Source: a virus. From it: a stretch of DNA of 61,530 nt. Every line of letters begins with the position of its first letter. The first letter of the stretch is position 1. Under the pieces are notes generated by a model that had not been told where the DNA came from, did no database searches, and was given only the letters and a program-made list of their open reading frames with translations. Below, piece after piece: positions 27,880 to 38,354 of this stretch. The DNA lies in UHGV virus genome UHGV-2167453. The stretch is one strand, 5' to 3'. The translations under genes were made by a program, and so were the position numbers.

Positions 27880-28218
27880 CTACAAAAAATGAACATACGG
27901 AAGCACGTCATTAAATATCGAACTTGAAACATAAGCATTTTCATAGGAACGGCTGATTGAATTTTCACTATGGCTTGTCTCTCCCTCAGCTCCCTCTTTT
28001 GCTTTTAGGTCAACAACAGCCATGGCGATTGTATTCAAATGCTTTTCCATGTCAGATTCTATCTTCGCATCCGTAAAAGACGGAGGATAGTTTCTGCACT
28101 GCTTAAATTTCTCAGTTACGAATCCGATTAACAGTTTTGATGGTTTTTCATCGGCAAGCTCTGGAATATCAGACAAGTATTCTACTGATTTCTCATAGAT
28201 TCTGTCTTCAATTGCCAT
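27880..28218 (-). CDS. Head-tail connector/adaptor candidate
   Basis: 112-aa ORF between capsid genes and tail genes. Confidence 0.3.
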   Translation of the reverse strand: MAIEDRIYEKSVEYLSDIPELADEKPSKLLIGFVTEKFKQCRNYPPSFTDAKIESDMEKHLNTIAMAVVDLKAKEGAEGETSHSENSISRSYENAYVSSSIFNDVLPYVHFL

Positions 28219-28497
28219 AGCTGCACCTCACGATCTACAGATTGAACCTTGTAATAAAGTATTCTTTCAAATCTTGCCCAGTCATATCGTCAACATTTGA
28301 TACTTCATGTTCTCTTGCCAATTCTTTCAAATCAGCAGTGCTCATTCTGTTGATGTCTGTTTTCTTATACTTAAACTCTACCGGTATTTGCATTTTCTCA
28401 GAATACAGCCCCGGAGTTTCTTCCGGGACTTCTTCTCCTGCTTTGTACCACTTGCCGTTCATTTTGATAATGTTCTTCGCAAGCATCCGATCACCTC

Positions 28498-29586
28498 TTA
28501 CGCTACTTTCATAACAACAACGCTGTTCATTCCCTCAAATGATGGAAGACCAATCATAGATACTACGCAATGAGTATTGATTGGATGCTCTGTTGCATAT
28601 GTGTAGACAGAAATACCAGTTTCAACAAGTTGCAGATTTCCTCCGGCAAGGTCTCCGCTTCTCTCTTCCGGTGTTCTTCCGAATACGTAGTCTCCAAGAT
28701 ATACTCCTGCTGACTGACAAGAAATAATGTTTGTTGGGATGAAATACTGTGTTGTTCCAGATTCATCAACATACATCTTGTCATATACCTCGATTTCGAT
28801 TCCGTACTCTCTCAGATAAGAAAGAACATCAGCTTGTCTTACTCTGATACCGCCGTTGTAAGCAGTAATTCCGAGTACCTGTTTCTTTGTGTCTTCTGCT
28901 TTCAGAATCATCTCAAATGTCTCTGTATTCATAGAAAATCTTGTCAGAGAATATCCTGTCTTCTTTGCAAAATCACGTCTTGTGTCAATCAAGTCTTGAA
29001 GTGGTGTTGCTGTTGCCGGAACGTTCCACTTATCAGATGCACCCTGAATCTCAACGAAGTGATCTGCCTTGTGCTTTGCTCCATTGTCTGTTGTGTAATC
29101 AATTGTGTATGTCTTGTCTTTGATTTTAACAGTAACTTTCGGAACACCGTCTGACGGAGCAAGTAACTGCCAAATCTGTCTCTCAGGAACTACCATAGCT
29201 CCTTGAATCAGATTCATAGGTTTCTTGCTGATCTGTCTGAGTACTTGATTTGCAAGATTTGAGTTTTCGGCAGACTGATAGTTCGCATACTGCTGCTCCT
29301 CTTTTTCTGTTACCATATAGGACTCTCTGTAGAACGGCATTTCGTTCTGGATGTCCTGGAATCCACCAACATCTCTTAATTCTGCCTGTGCATCAAAGTT
29401 GGCTGCTTTCAGAGAGATTGGCTGAGAATTTTCGCCAAGGATATATCTCATCTCCAGTGAATCCTGTTTTGTTGTTCCAAATTTCTGTCTTCCAAGATAC
29501 GGTGGAAGCGCAAGAGACGCTTTGTAGTTATTCCACATAACTCCAAGACTTCTCGCTGTAAATGCTTGACTTAATGGTAATGCCAT
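28498..29586 (-). CDS. Major capsid protein candidate
   Basis: 362 aa, downstream of scaffold-like protein; starts MALPLSQAF... Confidence 0.5.
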   Translation of the reverse strand: MALPLSQAFTARSLGVMWNNYKASLALPPYLGRQKFGTTKQDSLEMRYILGENSQPISLKAANFDAQAELRDVGGFQDIQNEMPFYRESYMVTEKEEQQYANYQSAENSNLANQVLRQISKKPMNLIQGAMVVPERQIWQLLAPSDGVPKVTVKIKDKTYTIDYTTDNGAKHKADHFVEIQGASDKWNVPATATPLQDLIDTRRDFAKKTGYSLTRFSMNTETFEMILKAEDTKKQVLGITAYNGGIRVRQADVLSYLREYGIEIEVYDKMYVDESGTTQYFIPTNIISCQSAGVYLGDYVFGRTPEERSGDLAGGNLQLVETGISVYTYATEHPINTHCVVSMIGLPSFEGMNSVVVMKVA

Positions 29587-29605
29587 GTCTGTTATTCCTC
29601 CTTAA

Positions 29606-29950
29606 TTAACCTTCTGCAATCTTTGGTGCTCCGTAAAAAGTAACTCTCGGAGTAGCTTTTCTTGCCGCATCTGCAATTGAAAGACCTGTTACTTTTTCCC
29701 AATCAATCGTTCCCTGATATACATATGTTCCCGGTGCATCTCCCTGTGTAACATCAACGTCCTCAAGAAGATATCCAAGGCATTCAGCATCATTGGACGG
29801 ATACGGCGTTCCAGCTTTTACAATTTTCATTCCGTTGTTATCTGCCGCAGATACCATTGACTGCTGTACTACGCAAGCAGCTCCCTCATACGGGAAGAAC
29901 TTCAGAATTCCTTTACCTTGTGTAAAATCTCTTACAATTGGTTTACCCAT
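29606..29950 (-). CDS. Hypothetical head protein (decoration candidate)
   Basis: 114-aa ORF. Confidence 0.3.
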   Translation of the reverse strand: MGKPIVRDFTQGKGILKFFPYEGAACVVQQSMVSAADNNGMKIVKAGTPYPSNDAECLGYLLEDVDVTQGDAPGTYVYQGTIDWEKVTGLSIADAARKATPRVTFYGAPKIAEG

Positions 29951-29964
29951 TGCTTAATTCCTCC

Positions 29965-30555
29965 TTATTTCAAAACGTAGTAGTCTTTTACAGACCGCTC
30001 ACTCTGTTTGTTGCCGAAAACAATAGATTCTGCATTTTTCACATCTTCCGGCTTATCATCTGGTTTTCCACCGCCAGGATTTCCACCGCCCGGATTAATT
30101 GAACCGTTAGCGATTTCCTGTTCTTTCGCCTGTGCGGCGGCTGTTTCTTTATCGGCGATAATCTGTGACATGGAATCAATGGCTGTCTTTGCAAGATCGT
30201 AATTGTCTTGAAAACCAGCAAGAACATTCTCTGCCTGTTCACCCGTCAGTCCTTTTTCAGCAGCATAAGCACGAATATCTTTCTTGATGTTCTCTTTCTG
30301 CAATGCATCAATCTGTTTTCTCAGCTTCTCAATCTCGTTATCGTTCTGTGGTGCCGGATTTGGGTTCGGCTGTGGATTTGGAACTGGTGCCGGTGTAGGC
30401 TGTGGCTGAGGTTCCGGCTTTGGTGCTGGATTTGGGTTCTGTGCCGGAGCTGGTCTGTTATTATGAAACTGATTCAAATAATTAGTGACCTGTGCATCTG
30501 TCGGCTCTTCAATTCCTAACGCAACCAAATTTTGTTTTGCTTCTTCTCTTGTCAT
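29965..30555 (-). CDS. Scaffolding-like protein with Pro/Asn/Gln-rich linker
   Basis: 196 aa; PAPAQNPNPAPKPEPQPQPTPAPVPNPQPNPNPAPQ low-complexity segment and coiled-coil region. Confidence 0.45.
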   Translation of the reverse strand: MTREEAKQNLVALGIEEPTDAQVTNYLNQFHNNRPAPAQNPNPAPKPEPQPQPTPAPVPNPQPNPNPAPQNDNEIEKLRKQIDALQKENIKKDIRAYAAEKGLTGEQAENVLAGFQDNYDLAKTAIDSMSQIIADKETAAAQAKEQEIANGSINPGGGNPGGGKPDDKPEDVKNAESIVFGNKQSERSVKDYYVLK

Positions 30556-30930
30556 AGTTATTACCTCCGTGATCTACATTTGATTTCGCTGTTCTATCAG
30601 CATGGATTTTTTCTTTTTCCATTTGACGCATGGATGCAAATTTATATAGAAAAAGCCAACCACTGATTTCTCAATGACTGGCTTATTTCTACTATCCTAA
30701 TTTCTGCCAACTCTTTGTCTCAGAGTTGAATTTGTATAATTCCGATGTGTCTAACATCAAACAGGAACTTCCTGCATCTACATAAGTCGGGAGCTTATCA
30801 ACATCTTTTGACTGAGCTTCATAGCTTCTAACATTTCCCGATGCTTCGGTACAAACAATGCTCCCCATATCCGGCACATCTGTTCCCGGAGGATACGTCT
30901 GTCCGTCTTGTTTTACTGTGTAATCATATG

Positions 30931-32400
30931 TCATTCTTCTACCTCCGGCGTTTTGTTGCCATTTGAATTCTGATTATTTCCCGGTTCTTGATTCTGATTA
31001 GCATTATCATCAATTTGATTTTGCTTATTTTCATCATCAGAGGTCCTGTAAAGCACATCCAAATAAGGCTTGGACAGAATGTACGCTTTTTCACTATCCG
31101 GGAATAATGTGCTAAGCTCATATGCAAGTTTCGGATGAGTGCCGTCTTTCAACAGGTAGTCCAGAAACTGTGCCTTTACTAGCATATTATCCATAGGGCT
31201 GTGATTAATAATCACTTCAAACTGGCTCGTATCAATAGGACATTCATTTTTCCCTTTTCTTACACGAATAATATTCAAGATAACTTCATTCAGTCTTTGT
31301 TCTGACTCTTGAATAATCGGGTCTTTCAGTTTTCCTCTCGTCTTAGCCATATCCCATCCGTTGCGGAGTTGTACCGCCCCTTGAGTGTCACCTCCTGTGT
31401 TTCCCTCAAGTTTAGGAATGGCAAGAATCTGTAAGATATTATCCAGCAAGTCTTGTTTTGCAACCTGTGACTGAGTTTGATTTAGCTCCTGTGTCATAAT
31501 ATCAACATCAGCCTTATTGTCAGTACCATTGTTTGATTTAACAACAAGAGCACCTTCCATTTTCATCTGTTGGAATGTTTCATGGTCAACTGTACAGTTT
31601 ACAAATTTCACCCAAGCACTAACGAACTGCTCAATGCTGTCCATTCTGTTTGACTGCATATTGTTAATTGCATCAAACATGGATGCTACAAGCTCAATAT
31701 CAGAAATTCTCTCAAAATTGTTTGGGTATTCAACAATAGGGATTCCACCAAACGCATGTACACCCCATTGTTCAACTTTTCCGTCTTTGATAATGCATTG
31801 GTGCGTTTTCGTGTGGCATGACTTATACCATTCACCATTCAAGTCCTTGAATTCCTGAACAGAAACAAGCGGTTCTTCCGTAATAGATGAATAAATGATG
31901 TAGGTATTCATCGGAGTTGGAACTGTAATTCTAAACGGCATTTTTTCTCCCGGTTTTTCAAACTGAGCAGCTAAAAAAGCTGTTCCAGTTGCCGACTGCC
32001 ACTCACCAGCTCTGATATTTCTAGCATGTTTATGAGCGCGTCTCAAATAATTATTAAACACGTCAACATATTCACTGATATTTTCCTTTACAATGCTCAC
32101 GCACTGCAACGGTTCTCCATAGGACTGTCCTACTTTGAACTGAACTGCTTCATAAGCGTGATTTTCTACTACTTTGTTTACCACATCATCTCTGATCGTC
32201 TTTGTACGGTACAGAATCGGTTGATCTCCTTTGTAGTAGTCCCACAAATATTTAGTAACACTTTTGTTAAAGTAAAAGATTCCAAGTGTTTCCCCTACAA
32301 CTTCCAAAATATTGCTTTGATCAACCTCTTCGACATTCGCATATGCAATTTTTCTTCCGTATTTGCCTTTTACAAGGTCTTGTAGAGTATTCTTGTTCAT
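30931..32400 (-). CDS. Portal protein (SPP1 gp6-like)
   Basis: 489 aa, position after terminase, acidic N/Q-rich C-terminus. Confidence 0.6.
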   Translation of the reverse strand: MNKNTLQDLVKGKYGRKIAYANVEEVDQSNILEVVGETLGIFYFNKSVTKYLWDYYKGDQPILYRTKTIRDDVVNKVVENHAYEAVQFKVGQSYGEPLQCVSIVKENISEYVDVFNNYLRRAHKHARNIRAGEWQSATGTAFLAAQFEKPGEKMPFRITVPTPMNTYIIYSSITEEPLVSVQEFKDLNGEWYKSCHTKTHQCIIKDGKVEQWGVHAFGGIPIVEYPNNFERISDIELVASMFDAINNMQSNRMDSIEQFVSAWVKFVNCTVDHETFQQMKMEGALVVKSNNGTDNKADVDIMTQELNQTQSQVAKQDLLDNILQILAIPKLEGNTGGDTQGAVQLRNGWDMAKTRGKLKDPIIQESEQRLNEVILNIIRVRKGKNECPIDTSQFEVIINHSPMDNMLVKAQFLDYLLKDGTHPKLAYELSTLFPDSEKAYILSKPYLDVLYRTSDDENKQNQIDDNANQNQEPGNNQNSNGNKTPEVEE

Positions 32401-32409
32401 TTCTTCACC

Positions 32410-32643
32410 TTAAATCAAAAAAGTCATTCCGCTACTGCAATTTCTAATTGGCAGCGACTTCCTGACTGTTTCTCCCGTTGCTACTTTGAAAATAATCTTT
32501 TTGTTGCACTTCTTGCATCGACAGACTTTGTCGATTTTTCCTTTTCCGTCATAAGTGCCAACTTTCCTGTTGCACTTCGGACAATAGATTGTTTGTTCTT
32601 TTACCATGTTTTTCACCAATAAAAAATGCACCTGGTTCGTCAT
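32410..32643 (-). CDS. Zinc-ribbon small protein
   Basis: CPKCN...CRCKKCNKK. Confidence 0.4.
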   Translation of the reverse strand: MTNQVHFLLVKNMVKEQTIYCPKCNRKVGTYDGKGKIDKVCRCKKCNKKIIFKVATGETVRKSLPIRNCSSGMTFLI

Positions 32644-32782
32644 TCCAAGTGCATCTTTGAAAAAGGATTGTGAGAATTATTATGTATCCTCAAGTTGTAT
32701 TTCTTCGATTATTATTATATCACGTCAAGTATTTGGAAAAATAGTGAAAAGATGTGAAATTATATGAAATTATGTGAAGCGA

Positions 32783-33205
32783 TTACAGATAATAAGAGCC
32801 GAAATACTTCTCAAACTCTTGTAATGCTCTTCCATGAATTGACATTGCATTTCGGAAAGTGCATCCCATCTCCACGCTGATTACATTCCAGTCTTTGCAT
32901 AAGACGTATCTTTCGTACAAGATTCTGTACTGATTTGTATTTTGGATCATCTCTATCTGTTGAACAATTTCTTTTTTCTTTTGTAGTGAGCGTTCAACAG
33001 AATCTGCAAGCTCTGCTTCTGCATCTGCAATTTTAGAGACAAGACTTCCCATTTTGTCCGGTTCTCCGCTGCTCTGAACATTAACCTCTTTTGGAGACAC
33101 AGAAATAGAACAAGCCATATCTCTCAACTGATTAATTTCTTCCATTTTGTTCTTGATTCTGAAATTTAACTTTGAAATCTGTCCCAAATATGTTTTTGTA
33201 TCCAT
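32783..33205 (-). CDS. Hypothetical protein between terminase and portal
   Basis: 140-aa ORF. Confidence 0.3.
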   Translation of the reverse strand: MDTKTYLGQISKLNFRIKNKMEEINQLRDMACSISVSPKEVNVQSSGEPDKMGSLVSKIADAEAELADSVERSLQKKKEIVQQIEMIQNTNQYRILYERYVLCKDWNVISVEMGCTFRNAMSIHGRALQEFEKYFGSYYL

Positions 33206-34950
33206 TATCTATAACCTCCTCTAAACGGATTGTGTACCGCTTCGACTCTTGGTGGTTCCCATGTTCCTTCAATGAAATATGCAAGCGACGCAAGACAATC
33301 AGGAGCGTCTTCATGCTTATTTTTACCCTTAATGGTAAAAGAGTACAGATTCCTCATAAAGTTCCTATATTCTTGATTTCTGAACCCAGTATCGCGAAAA
33401 TAAAACTCACGTATAGAACCAGCTTTGTCCCAAATTCTCTGACTTTTTCTCATTGATGTAGGTGCATACTGAGAAACAAGAGTTACCTTATGTCCTTTTT
33501 CTCTCAGTATTTCGTCCACTTCATCTTTGTAACCCTCTCCACCTTGGTTTGATTCAAAATACACACTTCCTATGTTGTGGTCAATAATCATATTCACAAC
33601 TTTTGGCTTTGTGATTTTCTTTTCTGAATTATCAAAAATGACATCATCAATGTATATGGACCCGTCTTCGTACATGTAAGCCACAGCAAATGCCAAGTAG
33701 TCTTCACCTCCGAGAGCCACATCACATGCAGCACAAATTCTATATGGTTCTTGCGCTGGGAGCACTCCATTGTAGAATCTCATGTGTTCTTGATTAAATA
33801 CAGCTCCGTCTCTTTCAATAGGCTCCTGCTGGCACTGTGCATACCATCCGGCCATATCATCGTTTTCTTCAAATTTTGCACGTTTGATCCTATAGAATTT
33901 TGTTGAAAATCCAACTCCATAGTCATAATCAAAGTTACTTTCATCTGTAACTGGATCAAGTGCTGGAATCTTCAAAATATCATACCTGATATCTTTTGCC
34001 TCTGGATTGTTCTCTAAGAAATCCAATCTGTCCATGTAGATATCTTTCAGACTCCAAATTGTACCGTTGTAGATTATTTTGCATTTCTCTTTCTTACGGG
34101 TCATTACGTTGTTGTCAAAGATAGTCTGCTTTCTTTTGAGAACATCTGGGTTTAAAACATCCTGAATACCCTCGATAATGTCATCAACAATTAGCCATCC
34201 ATACGCATCGTATTCGCCGTTAAGTCCGGATGTAAGTCCTTTTCCAGAAAGAGATTTATATTTTTTCTTTCTTCCTAAATCAACCTTATTGTTTTTTAAG
34301 TCAGTATCTTTGATAATTCCTTTTGGGAACACCTCTTTAAAGCAATAAGTCGGGTCAGTCCATATTTCCATAACTCCATCAAGGAACGCGCTTCCAAGGC
34401 CCTCTTTGTATGTTACGTACAAATTGCTCGCTTCCATATCTCTAGCGCATTTCCATGAAGTCGCAAGCGTAAGTTCTTGGCTTTTACCAACACGGGCAGG
34501 CATATGAACAAACAGTTCATCCAATAAATCGTCTTCAAGCATCTGAATCTTGTCAGTTACCAATTTCAATGTTTTTCTTCTCGGCTCGTAGAATCTGTCT
34601 CTTCGTTTTCTGTTTTTTTCCACATACAGCATATAGCTGTCAAGAATTTCCGGTGCTTCTATTTTCAAAATCTTATAATACTGATTAATCAAGTCAAACT
34701 CTGTCTTATTCTGCTGAGCATAATCTTCAAGCCACGCAAAATCCCCACCGTTTGTCTGTTTTTTTATGATTTGATTAACAATCTGCTTTGCTCTATCAGA
34801 AACTTGCAATCCGTACTTTATGTCTTTCTCTTGCTCAAATGCAGTCTGAACCGCAAGGATGTACGCATCAAGCACCTGTTCGTCAATCCCCTTACGCTCT
34901 ATGTAGTTTTCATACCCTTTTACGGTTTTAATCAAATAATCGCTCGCCAT
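33205..34950 (-). CDS. terL: Terminase large subunit
   Basis: 581 aa; P-loop-like HMPARVGKSQELT; position upstream of portal. Confidence 0.65.
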   Translation of the reverse strand: MASDYLIKTVKGYENYIERKGIDEQVLDAYILAVQTAFEQEKDIKYGLQVSDRAKQIVNQIIKKQTNGGDFAWLEDYAQQNKTEFDLINQYYKILKIEAPEILDSYMLYVEKNRKRRDRFYEPRRKTLKLVTDKIQMLEDDLLDELFVHMPARVGKSQELTLATSWKCARDMEASNLYVTYKEGLGSAFLDGVMEIWTDPTYCFKEVFPKGIIKDTDLKNNKVDLGRKKKYKSLSGKGLTSGLNGEYDAYGWLIVDDIIEGIQDVLNPDVLKRKQTIFDNNVMTRKKEKCKIIYNGTIWSLKDIYMDRLDFLENNPEAKDIRYDILKIPALDPVTDESNFDYDYGVGFSTKFYRIKRAKFEENDDMAGWYAQCQQEPIERDGAVFNQEHMRFYNGVLPAQEPYRICAACDVALGGEDYLAFAVAYMYEDGSIYIDDVIFDNSEKKITKPKVVNMIIDHNIGSVYFESNQGGEGYKDEVDEILREKGHKVTLVSQYAPTSMRKSQRIWDKAGSIREFYFRDTGFRNQEYRNFMRNLYSFTIKGKNKHEDAPDCLASLAYFIEGTWEPPRVEAVHNPFRGGYR

Positions 34951-35041
34951 AACACAAAAAGTGCCCCCTAACTCTTAAAATAAAAAAGTTAAGGAGCACT
35001 CCCCTGTTCCCTGTCCGCATCCGGGCATGAGCTGTTAATAT

Positions 35042-35419
35042 TTAATTTTCATTAATCTGATCTTTTCCAATCAACAAGTCATCTTTCAATGTATTAATCA
35101 GAACTTCCGTCTCTTTCACGATGCTCCAATCTTTCTTGCTGATTAGCGGAACTCCATTGTCATCCGTCTTTACTCTTTCAACAGAGCAATAAACTTCTCC
35201 CGGTTCCGCATGAAATATAAAATCAGCCATTGTAGCTTTTGGAATCTGTTTTCCATCAACAAAAACCTTTGTAGTTGTTCCATCACTTTCGATTCTGATA
35301 TCCATTATTTCACAACCTTTTCTTTGTGACTGGTAATCTTCGCCCCGTCTTTTGTCGGTCGGATTGTCACTGTATAACCGGAATTCACCACCAAACTGGC
35401 AATATCTTCCATTTTGCAA
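35042..35419 (-). CDS. Hypothetical protein upstream of terminase
   Basis: 125-aa ORF. Confidence 0.3.
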   Translation of the reverse strand: MQNGRYCQFGGEFRLYSDNPTDKRRGEDYQSQRKGCEIMDIRIESDGTTTKVFVDGKQIPKATMADFIFHAEPGEVYCSVERVKTDDNGVPLISKKDWSIVKETEVLINTLKDDLLIGKDQINEN

Positions 35420-35471
35420 GTAATCACGCGTTTTACTTCATTTTTTCTCATTTCATCGTCCATTTTCATCA

Positions 35472-35666
35472 CTATTTCTTCCTTTCGAACAGTTCTTCCG
35501 GCAGTGGTTCTCCCATCCAAACCATTCTTAGATATTTGCGGAATGTCGGAGTACAGACACCCATTTTCTTTGCCGCTTCATCCATTGTAATTTTATGGCT
35601 GCAATAATCATTAATAGCATCGACGAAATTGTCTCTGTCAAGCACCTTGATTTTTCTTCCCATCAA
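35472..35666 (-). CDS. Small HTH protein, terminase small subunit candidate
   Basis: 64 aa; HKITMDEAAKKMGVCTPTFRKYLRM HTH; sits at start of packaging operon just after tRNA cluster. Confidence 0.4.
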   Translation of the reverse strand: MMGRKIKVLDRDNFVDAINDYCSHKITMDEAAKKMGVCTPTFRKYLRMVWMGEPLPEELFERKK

Positions 35667-35706
35667 AACTATCCTTTCTTCTCTTCACATTTCCATTTTT
35701 TTCAAA

Positions 35707-35777
35707 CAAGCGTAACTGGAATCGAACCAGTACACCAGGAGTCAAAGTCCTGTGCTCTACCATTAAGCTATACGCCC
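35707..35777 (-). tRNA. tRNA-Gln (anticodon TTG)
   Basis: Cloverleaf by eye: acceptor gggcgta/tacgctt (2 G-U), D-arm gctt-aatggta-gagc, anticodon stem cagga/tcctg loop ctTTGac, T-arm actgg-ttcgatt-ccagt. Confidence 0.7.
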
Positions 35778-35997
35778 TTAGCTGCAAGAAATTTACCTCG
35801 AAAGCCGTAAGGAATTCTTGCACTGCTACGGTTCTTTATAATATTGGAGTTTATTATATGATCGATAAACCACGTCTTTTATTAACAAAACGTTAGTTTC
35901 CGAGCTTCAGCGAACTCCGCAGCTAAAACACTGATTGAATTTTAATTCAAACATGATTAGGGTTTCCCCTTATTCATCATGAAATCATGTTTGAAAA

Positions 35998-36076
35998 TAG
36001 CCATATAAGGATTCGAACCTCAATCTTTCACTTGGGTAGGGGTAGAATGAACGCTTTACCATTAAGCTATACGGCT
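35998..36076 (-). tRNA. Non-canonical tRNA-like gene: intact acceptor, D- and T-arms but anticodon region forms ttcat/gtgaa stem with 16-nt loop (no standard 7-nt anticodon loop)
   Basis: Acceptor agccgta/tatggct, D-arm identical to tRNA-Gln, T-arm tgagg-ttcgaat-cctta; exhaustive 5-7-5 and 5-8-5 searches of the 29-nt middle segment fail. Confidence 0.4.
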
Positions 36077-36137
36077 TCCAGCTACACTGTAGCAAGGAAA
36101 GTAAGTTATGAAAAAGTTTTTTCTCCGAAACTCGGAG

Positions 36138-36209
36138 AGAGCTATCGCCCGGAATCGAACCGGACCCTGTTGATTCGTAATCAACTGCTCTACCATTTGA
36201 GCTATGATA
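36138..36209 (-). tRNA. tRNA-Arg (anticodon ACG)
   Basis: Anticodon stem gttga/tcaac loop ttACGaa; T-arm tccgg-ttcgatt-ccggg; acceptor gctatca/cgatagc (one A-C mismatch). Confidence 0.7.
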
Positions 36210-36344
36210 GCATTTCACGGTTTTTGAAATCTTTTAATCACTTTAAACTTATGGGAATCAAAACTAATCTAAAGGGAAATGGCATATTTACTGCACATAG
36301 GGCGCGTACATGAGGGGTGTTTCTGAGAACCGTGAAACTCAGAA

Positions 36345-36427
36345 CGCCACAAGGAGGATTCGAACCTCCAAGTCGTTTCCGACCGAATGGTTAGCAACCA
36401 TCTCCAATACCTTTATGGGATTGTGGC
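36345..36427 (-). tRNA. tRNA-Ser (anticodon GCT), class II with long variable arm
   Basis: Acceptor gccacaa/ttgtggc perfect; anticodon stem gatgg/ccatt loop ttGCTaa; variable arm cggtcggaaacgac; T-arm ggagg-ttcgaat-cctcc. Confidence 0.7.
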
Positions 36428-36648
36428 TTACGACTGGGTGAATCGTCATTCAATTACTTGCCGATCATCAGCAAAACCAGCCTTGATTACGTCAGATTAC
36501 AATCAACAACGATATTCTGACGGAACCGATTTCAGAATCGGCTAAACCTACCGGGACTTGTGACGTCCCTTTGTTCAGCTTTCCGCTAGTAGGTGGAGAA
36601 TCGTCACATGGACGAATATATGAAACAAAGTATTAGTAAATGTCTTAA

Positions 36649-36897
36649 TTATTTTTTTGGCGTGGAAATCGCAAATCCTAGAAATCCAGCAAAAATGATT
36701 ACCGCCATAACAATCACTGAGAGAAATGCTTTTACGATTGTTGTCCAAATAATCGCTGCTGTAATTTGCCCTGCATCCAAAGCAATACAAGCTGTCAAAA
36801 TTGATTTAAACAAAAGCAAATATCCTCCGACATAAAGTCCTCCGGCAACTCCGGCAATTAGAAATGCAATTGACAAAATCCATCTTAATTTCTTCAT
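36649..36897 (-). CDS. Small multi-pass membrane protein
   Basis: Start MKKLRWILSIAFLIAGVAGG..., three hydrophobic segments. Confidence 0.4.
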   Translation of the reverse strand: MKKLRWILSIAFLIAGVAGGLYVGGYLLLFKSILTACIALDAGQITAAIIWTTIVKAFLSVIVMAVIIFAGFLGFAISTPKK

Positions 36898-37836
36898 GAT
36901 TAATCCTCCTGTTCGCCAGGACGTTTGCTTATTGGATCTACTCCAATCAAGCACCCATTTCCGGCATATGCTATAAATTCAAATTTATTATTCACAACAA
37001 CCTTTGATGTTTCGCTGAAAGGCTCTATCAGTTGATATGTCTCAAATATTGGCAGATACAGTGCTTTTGGTGTTTGCCAGTACAGTTTCCTTTTACCATC
37101 AAGTTTAAATCCGGCATCTGTAGTAATTGTCTCAAACCTTAAAATTCCAAGAACTTCCTGCCCTGTTGTTTCAATATGTGCAATTGTTTTTTGTATCATT
37201 CCGCAAACACCCAATCTTCAGCAAGCATATCTGCTCTTATCTTTCTCACCCATCATTTATTCCTCTTGCGTCCACTATCCCAAAACAAAAACGAAAATGT
37301 TTCTAATTCAGGCACTTTAACGCCGCATAATGCACATGTCAGCTGAATCTCCGCATTTCTTGTAAAACTCAGAATAAATGCTATAAAACATATCAACAGC
37401 TTTCTGCGTTTCTTTATCAATCATCCGACACACCTCTAATACAAGCAATCACTATAATGAAATTTGCAAAAATCAACAGTAGTCTACTTACTTCTCTTCT
37501 CCCTGTGCTTCATCTGACAAGAAATCATTTGCACCACATTTGTTCTTTCTTGTCTGATTCCGTGTCCCTGTTTGAAAAGTTTGCATTCAAGAATCTCTCC
37601 GCAGTGAACACATTCATCGTTGATTTCTTTCCCGGCAATTCTCATGTCATCCCTCCCCGGAAATACGTTTCGTGATTCTCTCAGCGATAGCAAGTGTCTT
37701 TTCTCCAACCTCAGGTATCTCACGTATCACTGATTCAACAGATGCCACAAACGCATCATAGAATTCTCCGTGCTTCATCAGTTCACTTTTGACAACCGCA
37801 CATGATGTTTGGAGAATCTGCTCTTTGAACCCGATA

Positions 37837-38208
37837 TCATTCATACGAATCGCCCCGTAAGGTTCTTTCTCTAGCGTACAGATCAACAAGAACTCTAATT
37901 GCTGTCTTCAAGTCTTCATTGTCTATTTCGAGATATCTGTTCTTATCTTCTGCAATCTCGATTTCACGAATGAGGTCTGATCTGTCGCAATCCTCATATG
38001 GGTCAAACGAGAATGGGAGTGATTCATCCTCAAGAGATTTGATATCTTCTCCGAATGCAGTAGTATCGATTTCCTGTCCGGCAAATTCCATCGAATAGTC
38101 TTTGAACTCAAGAACAAGTCCGCACTCTTCGCACCACTGACTTGCCAAACACAGCATCTCTTTCAGTTCCCGTTTACTCAATCCCTTCAAATCTTTCTTT
38201 GTAATCAT
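37837..38208 (-). CDS. Hypothetical acidic protein
   Basis: 123-aa ORF. Confidence 0.3.
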   Translation of the reverse strand: MITKKDLKGLSKRELKEMLCLASQWCEECGLVLEFKDYSMEFAGQEIDTTAFGEDIKSLEDESLPFSFDPYEDCDRSDLIREIEIAEDKNRYLEIDNEDLKTAIRVLVDLYARERTLRGDSYE

Positions 38209-38354
38209 TTTCCTGGTATCACCTTTCCGCAGCTCTTACACCGCCAATAATGTTTTGTCTTGAAACTTCCGTCTTCCTGTCGAACAAGGTCTGAATGGTC
38301 ATGCACCACGTGATCGTGTCGACAGAACAGGCGTTGAATGATTTTCAGCATATA
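38208..38354 (-). CDS. Small zinc-ribbon protein (48 aa, MLKIIQRLFCRHDHVVHDH...WRCKSCGKV)
   Basis: Read directly; below ORF-track cutoff. Confidence 0.35.

Noticed and set aside
35987-36313. Plus-strand 108-aa ORF overlapping the tRNA cluster
   Set aside because: It overlaps three well-folded minus-strand tRNAs and is spurious.
36430-36600. Possible fifth tRNA or tmRNA-like element (hairpins gggac-ttgtga-cgtccc and ccgattctgaaatcgg)
   Set aside because: No acceptor, D- or T-arm could be assembled on either strand. I keep it only as unassigned structured non-coding DNA.
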